Shown piece after piece: positions 11,554 through 23,924 of a stretch of DNA of 64,000 nucleotides. Origin of the DNA: Dictyostelium discoideum (lineage: Eukaryota); contig CM000154.2 in the NCBI GenBank assembly GCA_000004695.1, positions 3,264,001-3,328,000 of the forward strand, given 5' to 3'. The number at the start of each line of letters is the position of its first letter. Position 1 is the first letter of the stretch. The position numbers and the translations under genes are program-made. The notes below the pieces were generated by a model, which saw only the letters and a list, made by a program, of their open reading frames with translations, was not told the DNA's origin and ran no database searches.

Positions 11554-13147
11554 CTATTTAATTATTTTTACATTTTTTGAAACATAAGGTTCAATTTGAT
11601 GTTTAAAACTTGTGAAAACTTTTACTTCCTTTACAGTATTAGGAATTGAACCAATTATTAATTCTTGTTTAATATCGCCTAAACGCAACGATTCAACACC
11701 ATCTGGTAATATACCTGGTGTTAATTTTTGATTGAATCCATCTTTTAAAGTAACACGAGTTACAGTATTAGGAATTGAACCAATTATTAATTCTTGTTTA
11801 ATATCGCCTAAATACAAGGATTTAACACCATCTGGTAATATACCTGGTGTTAATTTTTGATTGAATCCATCTTTTAAAGAGACAAGAGTTACAGTATTAG
11901 GAATTGAACCAATCATTAATTCTTGTTTAATATCGCCTAAATACAACAATTTAATACTATCTGGTAATATACCTGGTGTTAATTTTTGATTGAATCCATC
12001 CAATAAAGAGACATGAGTTACAGTATTAGGAATTGAACCAATCATTAATTCTTGTTTAATATCACCTAAATACAAGGATTTAACGCCATCTGGTAATATA
12101 CCAGGTGTTAATTTTTGATTGAATCTATCCAAGAGCATTACAGTAGATGGTAATTGATTTTTTAATTTTGATAAAATATTACAATTGTCTTTGAATGCTA
12201 TACCTTCATTCTCCTTAAATTTAAATGAATCATCCTCTATATAAACATAAAACTTTGAACTATCCCCTATATTTGGTAATTAGAATGATGTAAACATAAT
12301 TTATAAAAAAAACTGTATAAAGCTTACATTTAAAAAATTTATTTTTATTTTCATCGATTTCAATTATAAATCTACAATTATCTAAGGTATAAATTGATTT
12401 TAAATTATTTTTAATATCATCAATTATTTGATTATGGAAATGAATGATTTGATTATCGTATTCATTTAATTTATTTGAATTATTGATATTATTATTATTA
12501 TTTAATACTATTAATGATTGTTGATATTGTTTAATAATTTTAATTGTATCTCTATCAATAATAAAATCTTCTCCATTATCATAAATTTGTTGATCATTAA
12601 ATTTTATAATTTCATTTAATTTTTCAATAGTTGTAGTTCTATCATTTTCATTTTCATTATTATTATTAATTATAGTTGAAAGTATTTGATTATCATTATT
12701 GATTGAAGAAGTTATAATTGTATTTATTAATGTATTATTTTCAAAGGTTGTTTCTAATTGTTTTTTAATATCTAATTCTATGATTGAAATGATATCATGA
12801 ATTTTTTTAATTTCTTTTTTTAATGAATTATTATTAATATCAAATTGTGATTGAATTTCATTGTATTTATCATTTGATTCTTGTAATATTGTTTCATTGA
12901 TTTCTATTCTTTCAATTACTTTTTGGTATATATCATTTTTAAAATTATTCATTAATGAAAGAATATTTGAAGTTGATTCTAATGGATCAGTTTTATGACC
13001 ATGATGTTCACCTTTACTTGATGTACATTGAATACAACATGGTATTAATTTACAATCTAAACAAAAGAATACTATATCTTTATTTGGGTGAAGTGTACAC
13101 TTTTTATTATTATCAATATTATTTATTTTATTATGATTTGAAATCAT
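11554..13147 (-). CDS. B-box zinc finger + coiled coil + FNIP-repeat protein (cluster copy 1), about 510 aa: complement(join(11554..12266,12328..13147))
   Basis: The B-box motif is [36 protein letters not shown]. Splice AAAT|GTAAGC...CCAAATATAG|GG runs in phase 1 and creates Trp, joining the B-box exon to ...WDSSKFYVYIEDD...MLLDRFNQKLTPGILPDG. The second exon has about 7 FNIP repeats (FNQKLTPGILPxxVKxLxLGDIKQELIIGSIPNTVT). The start is probably the M of MISNHNK (13147); the longer ORF-track start reads through promoter poly-T. Confidence 0.8.
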
Positions 13148-13494
13148 TGTGTTTGGGATTGGTGTGGATGTAAAAAAAAAAAAAAAAAATTTGGAACCAG
13201 AAATTTTTATATGAGACACCAAAAATAAAAAAAAATAAAAAAAATAAAAATAAAATCGCTTAAAAAATTAAGAAAAACAAAATCTTTTTTTTTTTTTTTT
13301 TTTAAAAAATAAATAAATAATTAAATATTTATATTGTTATTGATAAAAATTTAAAAAAAGGAAAAATATTTTGAATTCAATCGTTAATCATTTTTTTTTT
13401 ATAAAAAAAAAAGATATAATTTAATTATATATACAATGTTTTTTAAATCTCTATTTTTGGAACATTTTAATAGTAAATTAAATTTAAATATGTT

Positions 13495-13575
13495 TGCTGA
13501 CATTAATATGGCTGCTGAAATTAATATGCATGTAAATTAATATGGATGCTAAAATTAATATGGGACACACTATTG
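13495..13575. repeat. Array of 4 tandem ~17-bp units '(c)tg(c/a)(t/a)aaattaatatgg' ending in '...atgggac'; a solo terminus related to the 18706-19322 palindromic element
   Basis: The units read ctgacattaatatgg / ctgctgaaattaatatgc / atgtaaattaatatgg / atgctaaaattaatatgggac. The same motif is the sub-terminal repeat of the TIR element at 19146-19322. The array lies about 350 bp upstream of gene copy 1. Confidence 0.4.
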
Positions 13576-13906
13576 GCAATTTTAAATCACTAAAAAATAT
13601 CATCATGGTACAGCGGATCAATTAAATGGATTTTGTAATTTGAGGGTAAAAACAAATTTACTCAAACCTGGAATTAAATATACCTAAACCCATTCAAATG
13701 TTACCATTTGACGCCATATGGTAGTAAACTACTATTAATCATATTGATTATTTTATTTAAATTTTCAATTAAAACATTACAATGAGCAGTTTTGCGATGA
13801 TTTGCTTTTTTAAAACTCTGTTGGAAAATTATTAATATTTATTATATTTGATGTTATTTCTTCATTTTATCTTGTTTTGTCATGATTAGTAGGTTGGCTG
13901 TACCTG

Positions 13907-14440
13907 TTAACAGTAGTTTCTTACACTCTTTACAGTATTAGGAATTGAACCAATCATTAATTCTTGTTTAATATCACCTAAATACAACCATTCAACACTA
14001 TCTGGTAATATACCTGGTGTTATTTTTTGATTGAATTCATTCAATAAAGAGACACTCGTTACAATATTAGGGATTGATCCAATCTCCAATTCTTGTTTAA
14101 TATCGCCTAAACTCAACCATTTAACACCAACTGGTAAAATGCCTGGTTTTAATCTTTGATTGAATCCATCCAATAAAGAGACATGAGCTACAGTATTAGG
14201 AATTGAGCCAATTATTAATTCTTGTTTAATATCACCTAAATACAAGGATTTAACACCAACTGGTAAAATGCCTGGTGTTAATTTTTGATTGAATCCATCC
14301 AATAGCATTACATTTGATGGTAATTGATTTTTTAATTTTGATGATGAAATATTACAATTGTCTTTGAATGCTATACCTTCATTCTCCTTAATTTTAAATG
14401 AATTACCCTCTATATAAATATAAAACTTTAAATTATCCCC
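13907..14440 (-). pseudogene. 5'-truncated FNIP-repeat exon fragment (about 4 repeats) with a diverged 3' end (...NTVKSVRNYC*)
   Basis: It is homologous to the exon-2 / intron / B-box-exon boundary of the intact copies up to 14440. There the sequence switches abruptly to myotubularin-derived sequence. Its 3' flank is shared with the degenerate fragment at 23845-23925. Confidence 0.6.
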
Positions 14441-14543
14441 TAATGTTGATTAATAACTGAAGAAGTCATTGTACTATCATTTTTATTTAATCTATCAATA
14501 TCAATTGAATCTTCAATCATACTATTAGTATTGGATTATTTTG

Positions 14544-14594
<51 letters not shown>

Positions 14595-15392
14595 TTGATT
14601 ATTATTATTATTTTGATTATTATTATTATTATTACTAAACATTATAGATTGTGATAAAATATAACTGGAAATGGGAATCTTGTTCTTACACGTGCAAATC
14701 TAGATTGATCCAATAATTTTTCTAAATTACGAGAGAGTTCTGGATGAACGTGTTTATTCTTTTCTTTACATACTTTACATCCTGTCTCTAACTCGTGTTC
14801 AATAAAAATTAAATCTGGTGGGTATGTTGCGCATAATTCACCTTCTTTATTATTGATTAATGATATTTTATAATCTTTTTCAAATAATGTATTTACAATT
14901 TCTTGATATTTAAATAATTCCTTGTTTTTTTGTTTTGTTGTTGTTTTGTTTTAAATTAATTAAATAATAAAAAAAAAAAAAAATTATTTAATATTAATAT
15001 ATATAATTATATAATATTAATAATAATTATTTTAAACTTACTTCATCTCTTTTACCAGGGAATGGTTGTTTATATCTTCTAAAATGAGCAAACATTTCGG
15101 CTAATTCAGATGCCAATGAATCACCACATGCAAGCGAGGGGTTAACTTCAAAAGAGTTCATTGTATTGGCATCGTTTGTCGTATTATCACCATTTGACGA
15201 TATATCTTCAGAGACAACTATAGATGGTTCATCATCGTCATTGCTATTGATTGTGTTATTATTATTATTTGGTATTATTGGTGATATTGGACTTGGAATA
15301 TCTTCATTGTTATTACTATTATTATTATTATTATTATTTACATTTGGTTCATATGATACTTTTTTAAATTGCTTTGGTATATATGTATTTTC

Positions 15393-15434
<42 letters not shown>

Positions 15435-16290
15435 GTTATTGTTATTAGTACAATTATAGCTTTCATTTATTAAAATTTCGGATTTAGAATTTAATATCTC
15501 TTCATTTCTGCTGTTGTTATTATTATTGTCACAACTATTATTATTATTACTATTATTATAGGTTTCATTATTCTCTTCTACAGCAACTGCTTCTTCTAAT
15601 GTTAAATCCATCATGAAAGGAAACGAATTCTCTCTACTTATATTGCAAGTATTATTATTACTACTGCTGTCACTATTATTATTATTATTATTGTTTTTAT
15701 TATTATTATTATTATTATTATTGTTATTATTATTATTATTATTATTACTGCTGTTACTACTACTACCACTACTATCGTTTTCGACAGATTTTTTAGGGGA
15801 TTGTGAACAAGGTGTATTTGAAGGCTTTATTGAAGAAATTAATTGTTCTGTTGTTGAGGATGGTGGTGTGCTAGAGGTAATTACCATTTTAATGGATTTG
15901 TTTTTTAATGAGGTGAAAGTAATTGAGCGTATTCCTAGTGTGTGTCTTTTTTTTTTTTTTTTTTTTTTTTTTGGTTTTTTTTTTTTTTTAATTTATTTAT
16001 TATTTTTTTATTTTATTTTTTCTATTTTTTTTTTATATTTTTTATTTAAATTTTTTTTTTTTTTTTTTTTTTTTATTTTGGTTTTTTTTGAGTTAAACTT
16101 AATAAAAAAAAAAAAAATAAAAAAAAAATAAAAAATAAAAATTAAAAAAAAAAAAAAAAAAAAAATAAAATAAAATAAAAAAAAAATAAAGATTAACCTA
16201 AAAAAAGAAATGATTATTTAAATATCCCTCTTTTTTTTTTTAAGATTTAATTTTATATGTATTCAATATTTTTTATTTTAAAATTTAAAT
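14441..16290 (-). pseudogene. Segmental duplicate of the myotubularin 5' region (part of exon 2 with a ~160-bp deletion, intron 1, complete exon 1 15042..15887, promoter), fused to FNIP sequence
   Basis: ORF 15027..15887 is 100% identical to 10098..10958. Positions 14455-14640 match 8561-8760 apart from poly-AAT length. The internal deletion is at 14660 ('gtgataaa|atataactgg'). The copy contains none of the catalytic exons. Confidence 0.65.
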
Positions 16291-16630
16291 ATGTTAAAAC
16301 ACTCTTTTTTTTTTTTTTTTTTTTTTTTTTTCAAGATTCAATTAAACACTGCCCTCTAAAGGAATAAAAGTAACAGTAATGTAAGTATTAAAAAAATTTT
16401 CAATATTATGCAAATTTCCATTATACTATCCTGATTTTTTTGAAATTTCAAAAAAAAAAAATATCTTTTTACAAATTATTATTCAAGTTATCTAATAAAA
16501 ATAGGCAATTTTCAATGACTAAAAAGGAAATACCATAAAGTTAAGATAGAATTTCCCAATTAAATACATAATTAAGGAATTGATTTTTTTTTTTTTTTTT
16601 TTTATTGGAATTGTTTAATTTAACCTAATG

Positions 16631-18518
16631 TTATTTTTCTGAATTCTTTTTAATTATTTTTACATTTTTTGAAACATAAGGTTCAATTTGATGTTTAAAA
16701 CTTGTGGAAACATTTACTTCCTTTACAGTATTAGGAATTGAACCAATTATTAATTCTTGTTTAATATCGCCTAAATTCAACGATTCAAAACCATCTGGTA
16801 ATATACCTGGTGTTAATTTTTGATTGAATCCATCTTCTAAAGTGACACGAGTTACAGTATTAGGAATTGAACCAATTATTAATTCTTGTTTAATATCACC
16901 TAAATCCAACGATTCAACACTATCTGGTAGAATACCTGGTGTTAATTTTTGATTGAATCCATCTTCTAAAGAGACATTCTTTACAGTATTAGGAATTGAA
17001 CCAATCATTAATTCTTGTTTAATATCACCTAAATCCAACGATTCAACACCTTCTGGTAGAATATCTGGTGTTAATATTTGATTGAATCCATCTTCTAAAG
17101 AGACAAGAGTTACAGTATTAGGAATTGAACCAATCATTAATTCTTGTTTAATATCACCTAAATACAACCATTTAACACTATCTGGTAATATACCTGGTGT
17201 TAATTTTTGATTGAATCCATCTTTTAAAGAGACAAGAGTTACAGTATTAGGAATTGATCCAATAATTAATTCTTGTTTAATATCACCAAAAAACAACCAT
17301 TCTACGCCATTTGGTAAAATACCTGGTGTCAATTTTTGATTGAATCCATCCAATAAAGAGACACGAGTTACAGTATTAGGAATTGAACCAATTATTAATT
17401 CTTGTTTAATATCACCTAAATACAAGGATTTAACGCCATCTGGTAATATACCAGGTGTTAATTTTTGATTGAATCCATCCAATAGCATTACATTTGATGG
17501 TAATTGATTTTTTAATTTTGATAAAATATTACAATTGTTTTTGAATGCTGTACCTTCATTCTCCTTAAATTTAAATGAATCACCCTCTATATAAACATAA
17601 AACTTTAAATTATCCCCTATATTTGGTTATTAGAATGATGTAAACATAATTTATAAAAAAAACTGTATAAAGCTTACATTCAAAAAATTCATTATTATTT
17701 TCATCGATTTCAATTTTAAATCTACAATTATCTAAGGTATAAATTGATTTTAAATTATTTTTAATATCATCAATTATTTGATTATGGAAATGAATGATTT
17801 GATTATCATATTCATTTAATTTATTTGAATTATCGATATTATTATTATTATTTAATACTATTAATGATTGTTGATATTGTTTAATAATTTTAATTGTATC
17901 TCTATCAATAATAAAATCTTCTCCATTATCATAAATTTGTTGATCATTAAATTTTATAATTTCATTTAATTTTTCAATGGTTGTAATTCTATCATTTTCA
18001 TTTTCATTTTCATTTTCATTTTTATTATTTTTATTATTAATTATAGTTGAAAGTATTTGATTATCATTATTGATTGAAGAAGTTATAATTGTATTTATTA
18101 ATGTATTATTTTCAAAGGTTTTTTCTAATTGTCTTTTAATATCTAATTCTATGATTGAAATGATGTCATGAATTTTTTTAATTTCTTTTCTTAATGAATT
18201 ATTATTATTATCAAATTGTGATTGAATTTCATTGTATTTATCATTTGATTCTTGTAATATTGTTTCATTGATTTCTATTCTTTCAATTACTTTTTGATAT
18301 ATATCATTTTTAAAATTATTCATAAATGAAAGAATATTTGAAGTTGATTCTAATGGATCAGTTTTATGACCATGATGTTCACCTTTACTTGATGTACATT
18401 GAATACAACATGGTATTAATTTACAATCTAAACAAAAGAATACTATATCTTTATTTGGGTGAAGTGTACATTTTATATTATTATCAATATTATTTATTGT
18501 ATTATGATTTGATACCAT
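16631..18518 (-). CDS. B-box + FNIP-repeat protein (cluster copy 3), about 608 aa, about 9 FNIP repeats: complement(join(16631..17616,17678..18518))
   Basis: The architecture and the phase-1 intron (GAAT|GTAAGC...ATATAG|GG) match copy 1. The ORF is intact, but the usual 5' flank is replaced from 18531 by foreign sequence. Confidence 0.8.
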
Positions 18519-18705
18519 TGTGTTTGGGATTGGTGTGGATGTATTGAGAACCGGTTCTCAATCAATCGCACAACCTATTTATCAAACTAATCAAGGTATA
18601 AAAATGCAACTATAAATGTTACTATGTAAATACAACCATTCAACACTATCTGGTAATATATGTGGTGTTAGTTTTTGATTGAATCCATTTTTTAAATAGA
18701 CATGT

Positions 18706-19322
18706 GTCCCATGCCAAAATAAAACGAAACTTCATCTGTTAGTAACAAAAGAGTAAGCAGAAGAGTCAATAATTAAAATAAAAAATATTATTTTAATTTT
18801 TTTTTTTTTTTTTTTTTTTTATTTTTTTTTATTTTTTTTTATTTTTAATTTTTTATTTATAATTTTTTTTTTTTGTGAGCCGGCTAGACATAAATGAATA
18901 ATAAAAAAATATATACCAACTAAAAAAAAAAGAAATGAAAATAAATTATAAAATTAATAATAAAAATAAAAAGATAAAAATAAATAAAAGATATAAATAA
19001 AATAATATGAAAATTTTTTTTTTTTTTTTTATATTATTATAATTATTTTTTTTTAGTTGATATATATTTTTTTAATAATAATTTTAGTGCTAAAATTTTG
19101 TTTATATTTGAGATGATTATTAATTAAATGACTTTGACTTTTTTTTTTTTTCTATGCCAAAATTACCATATTAATTTCAGCAGCCATATTAATTTCGGCA
19201 GCTATGTACATGCTGAAATTAATATGGCTGCTGAAATTAATACGGTAATTTTGGCAGACGTAAGTCCCATGCCAAAATTAATATGGCTGCTGAAATTAAT
19301 ATGGTAATTTTGGCATGGGACA
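18706..19322. mobile_element. About 620-bp non-autonomous palindromic (MITE-like) element bounded by 15-bp TIRs GTCCCATGCCAAAAT / ATTTTGGCATGGGAC, with nested sub-terminal hairpins
   Basis: The left TIR is at 18706-18720, inserted into an FNIP-homologous fragment (18630-18705). The right TIR is at 19308-19322. 19143-19262 and 19265-19322 are near-perfect hairpins built from 'gctgaaattaatatgg' units. No ORF lies inside. Confidence 0.45.
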
Positions 19323-19949
19323 AATAAATAAGGAATAAATTATTTAAAAAAAATAAAAATTCTTATATTTTAATATTTTTTATTTAAATATTTATTGTAC
19401 ACCCATTATTTTTTATCATTTTATTATAGTTTTTAATAATATACAATATCATATATTAAACTATAATTTAATGTTTTAAAAAATGAGAAATTACAATAGT
19501 ATTATTTCCTATTAATTGTTGTATATTATTAAATTATAGTTTTATGTTTTAAAAAATGAGAAATTACAATAGTATATTGTGGTAAATCAATAAATTTTTT
19601 ATAATTTAATGACAAATTAATATTCAATTTTAATTAAATAATTTTAGATTTTATCAATTTTTAATTTATTAAAATATATTTTTATTATGGCCAGATTCTT
19701 TTTTATTATTTTATGATAATGTGTGATTAATTATTAATTAGAAATTGATATTAGTTTGTTAAAAATTTTATTACATTATAATATCGTTTCTTAAAATATG
19801 AGTTTTTGCGGTAGTTTAATTTCTCACAAAATAGTAAAATTTCTTAGGTTTTTTTTCTCTGGTGAATACATAATTAAGGAATTGATTTTTTTTTTTTTTT
19901 TTTTTTTATTGGAATTGTTTAATTTAACCTAATGTTATTTTTCTGAATT

Positions 19950-22900
19950 CTATTTAATTATTTTTACATTTTTTGAAACATAAGGTTCAATTTGATGTTT
20001 AAAACTTGTGGAAACATTTACTTCCTTTACAGTATTAGGAATTGAACCAATTATTAATTCTTGTTTAATATCGCCTAAATTCAACGATTCAACACCATCT
20101 GGTAATATACCTGGTGTTAATTTTTGATTGAATCCATCTTCTAAAGTGACACTCTTTACAGTATTAGGAATTGAACCAATTATTAATTCTTGTTTAATAT
20201 CACCTAAATCCAACGATTCAACACTATCTGGTAGAATACCTGGTGTTAATTTTTGATTAAATCCATCTTCTAAAGAGACATGAGTTACAGTATTAGGAAT
20301 TGAACCAATCATTAATTCTTGTTTAATATCACCTAAATACAACGATTCAACACCTTCTGGTAGAATACCTGGTGTTAATTTTTGATTGAACCTATCTTCT
20401 AACGAGACATTCGTTACAGTATTAGGAATTGAACCAATTATTAATTCTTGTTTAATATCGCCTAAATACAACAATCCAACACTTTCTGGTAATATACGTG
20501 GTGTTAATTTTTGATTGAATCCATCTTTTAAAGAGACACTCGTTACAGTATTAGGAATTGAACCAATTATTAATTCTTGTTTAATATCACCTAAATACAA
20601 CAATCCAACACTTTCTGGTAAAATACCTGGTGTTAATATTTGATTGAATCCATCTTCTAAAGAGACAAGAGTTACAGTATTAGGAATTGAACCAATCATT
20701 AATTCTTGTTTAATATCACCTAAATACAACAATTTAACACTATCTGGTAATATACCTGGTGTTAATTTTTGATTGAATCCATCTTTTAAAGAGACAAGAG
20801 TTACAGTATTAGGAATTGATCCAATAATTAATTCTTGTTTAATATCACCTAAATCCAACAATTTAATACTATCTGGTAATATACCTGGTGTTAATTTTTG
20901 ATTGAATCCATCTTTTAAAGTGACACGAGTTACAGTATTAGGAATTGAACCAATCATTATTTCTTGTTTAATATCACCTAAATACAACCATTCAACACTA
21001 TCTGGTAAAATACCTGGTGTTAATTTTTGATTGAATCTATCCAATAAAGAGATATGAGTTACAGTATTAGGAATTGAACCAATCATTAATTCTTGTTTAA
21101 TATCACCTAAATGCAACAATTTAACACTATCTGGTAATATACATGGTGTTAATTTTTGATTGAATCCATCTTTTAAAGAGACACGAGTTACAGTATTAGG
21201 AATTGAACCAATTATTAATTCTTGTTTAATATCGCCTAAATCCAACAATTTAATACTATCTGGTAATATACCTGGTGTTAATTTTTGATTGAATTCATCT
21301 TTTAAAGATACACGAGTTACAGTATTAGGAATTGAACCAATCATTATTTCTTGATTAATATCACCTAAATACAACCATTCAACACTATCTGGTAATATAC
21401 CTGGTGTTAATTTTTGATTGAATCCATCTTTTAAAGAGACAAGAGTTACAGTATTAGGAATTGAACCAATTATTAATTCTTGTTTAATATCACCTAAATA
21501 CAAGGATTTAACACCATCTGGTAATATACCTGGTGTTAATTTTTGATTGAATCCATCTTTTAAAGAGACATGGATTACAGTATTAGGAATTGAACCAATC
21601 ATTAATTCTTGTTTAATATCACATAAATCCAACAATTTAATACTATCTGGTAATATACCTGGGGTTAATTTTTGATTGAATCTATCCAATAAAGAGATAT
21701 GAGTTACAGTATTAGGAATTGAACCAATTATTAATTCTTGTTTAATATCGCCTAAATCCAACAATTTAATACTATCTGGTAATATACCTGGTGTTAATTT
21801 TTGATTGAATTCATCTTTTAAAGATACATGAGTTACAGTATCAGGAATTGAACCAATTATTAATTCTTGTTTAATATCACCTAAATACAAGGATTTAACA
21901 CAATATGGCAATATACCTGGTGTTAATTTTTGATTGAATCTATCCAATAAAGAGATATGGATTACAGTATTAGGAATTGAACCAATCATTAGTTCTTGTT
22001 TAATATCACCTAAATACAAGGATTTAATACTATCTGGTAATATGCATGGTGTTAATATTTGATTGAATCCATCCAATAAAGAGACATGGATTACAGTATT
22101 AGGAATTGAACCAATTATTAATTCTTGTTTAATATCACCTAAATACAAGGATTCAACGCCATCTGGTAATATACCAGGTGTTAATTTTTGATTGAATCCA
22201 TCCAATAGCATTACAGTTGATGGTAATTGATTTTTTAATTTTGATAAAATATTACAATTGTTTTTGAATGCTGTACCTTCATTCTCCTTAAATTTAAATG
22301 AATTACCCTCTATATAAACATAAAACTTTAAATTATCCCCTATATTTGGTAATTAGAATGATGTAAACATAATTTATAAAAAAAACTGTATAAAACTTAC
22401 ATTTAAAAAATTTATTATTATTTTCATCGATTTCAATTATAAATCTACAATTATTTAAGAAATAAATTGATTTTAAATTATTTTTAATATCATCAATTAT
22501 TTGATTATGGAAATGAATGATTTGATTATCGTTTTCATTTAATTTATTTGAATTATTGATATTATTATTATTATTTAATACTATTAATGATTGTTGATAT
22601 TGTTTAATAATTTTAATTGTATCTCTATCAATAATAAAATCTTCTCCATTATCATAAATTTGTTGATCATTAAATTTTATAATTTCATTTAATTTTTCAA
22701 TAGTTGTAGTTCTATCATTTTCATTTTCATTATTATTATTAATTATAGTTGAAAGTATTTGATTATCATTATTGATTGAAGAAGTTATAATTGTATTTAT
22801 TAATGTATTATTTTCAAAGGTTGTTTCTAATTGTTTTTTAATATCTAATTCTATGATTGAAATGATATCATGAATTTTTTTAATTTCTTTTTTTAATGAA

Positions 22901-23220
22901 TTATTATTAATATCAAATTGTGATTGAATTTCATTGTATTTATCATTTGATTCTTGTAATATTGTTTCATTGATTTCTATTCTTTCAATTACTTTTTGAT
23001 ATATATCATTTTTAAAATTATTCATTAATGAAAGAATATTTGAAGTTGATTCTAAGGGATCAGTTTTATGACCATGATGTTCACCTTTACTTGATGTACA
23101 TTGAATACAACATGGTATTAATTTACAATCTAAACAAAAGAATACTATATCTTTATTTGGGTGAAGTGTACATTTTATATTATTATCAATATTATTTATT
23201 GTATTATGATTTGATACCAT
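19950..23220 (-). CDS. B-box + FNIP-repeat protein (cluster copy 4), about 1,069 aa with about 24 FNIP repeats: complement(join(19950..22339,22401..23220))
   Basis: The B-box exon and the intron (AAAT|GTAAGT...ATATAG|GG, phase 1) are the same as in copies 1 and 3. Exon 2 is a single 2.39-kb open frame of near-identical 96-nt FNIP units. Confidence 0.8.
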
Positions 23221-23626
23221 TTTGTTTGGGGTTAATGTTGATTTAAAAAAAAAAAAAATTTGTTTTCGGAAATTTTTATATGAGACTTAATCCACCACCA
23301 AAAATCAAAAAAAAAAAATAAAAATAAAATCACTTAAAAAATTAAGAAAAAAAAAAACAAAATCATTTTTTTTTTTTATAATATTATTATTAAATAATTA
23401 AATAATTAAATATTTTTATTATTATTGATAATTTTTTGAAAAAAAAGAAAAATATTTTGAGTTAAATAATTAATCATTTTTTTTTATAAAAAAAAAAAGA
23501 TATTGCAACAAGATCTCAAAAATATCTTGTTAATACTAACATTTATTTAATTTCATGAAATGTTCTAAATTTAATTTTCAAAAAAAAAAAAAAAAATTTT
23601 TAATTATAATTTCAATTTCACAATAG

Positions 23627-23830
23627 ATATTAGATACCAGATATTAAAATGTCACACAACTTCAACAACTACAATAACATATTCAATTAGTTAATCAACA
23701 AACACAACAACGTCAACAACAACTAAATAATCACTCAACACCACCATCGTCACCTAATGTTACAACACCAATAACTTCAGCAACAATAACCAACACAATA
23801 GATATCTGGTATCTAATATCTATTGTATGA
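23627..23830. mobile_element. About 200-bp A/C-rich segment flanked by 22-bp inverted repeats (caatagatattagataccagatat ... atagatatctggtatctaatatctattg)
   Basis: The inverted repeats are read directly. The interior has retroelement-like A/C strand bias and only short ORFs. It lies in the copy-4 promoter region. Confidence 0.3.
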
Positions 23831-23924
23831 AATTATTGTAAAATATTTGATGTTATTTCTTCATTTTATCTTGTTTTGCCATATGATTAGTGGGTTGGTT
23901 GTACCTGTTAATGGTAGTTTCTTG

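Noticed and set aside
12260-12330. ORF-track C-terminus ...KCKLYTVFFINYVYIILITKYRG* of the B-box ORFs
   Set aside because: This is intron read-through. A GTAAGC/GTAAGT donor and an ATATAG acceptor at identical positions in all copies join the B-box exon in frame to the FNIP exon. The 'MLLDGFNQKL' ORFs are therefore not separate genes.
12955-13173. Short plus-strand ORFs [17 protein letters not shown]... repeated at 12955, 18326, 23028 and 25649
   Set aside because: They are conserved only because they lie antisense to the conserved B-box exon ([18 protein letters not shown]). They are not independent genes.
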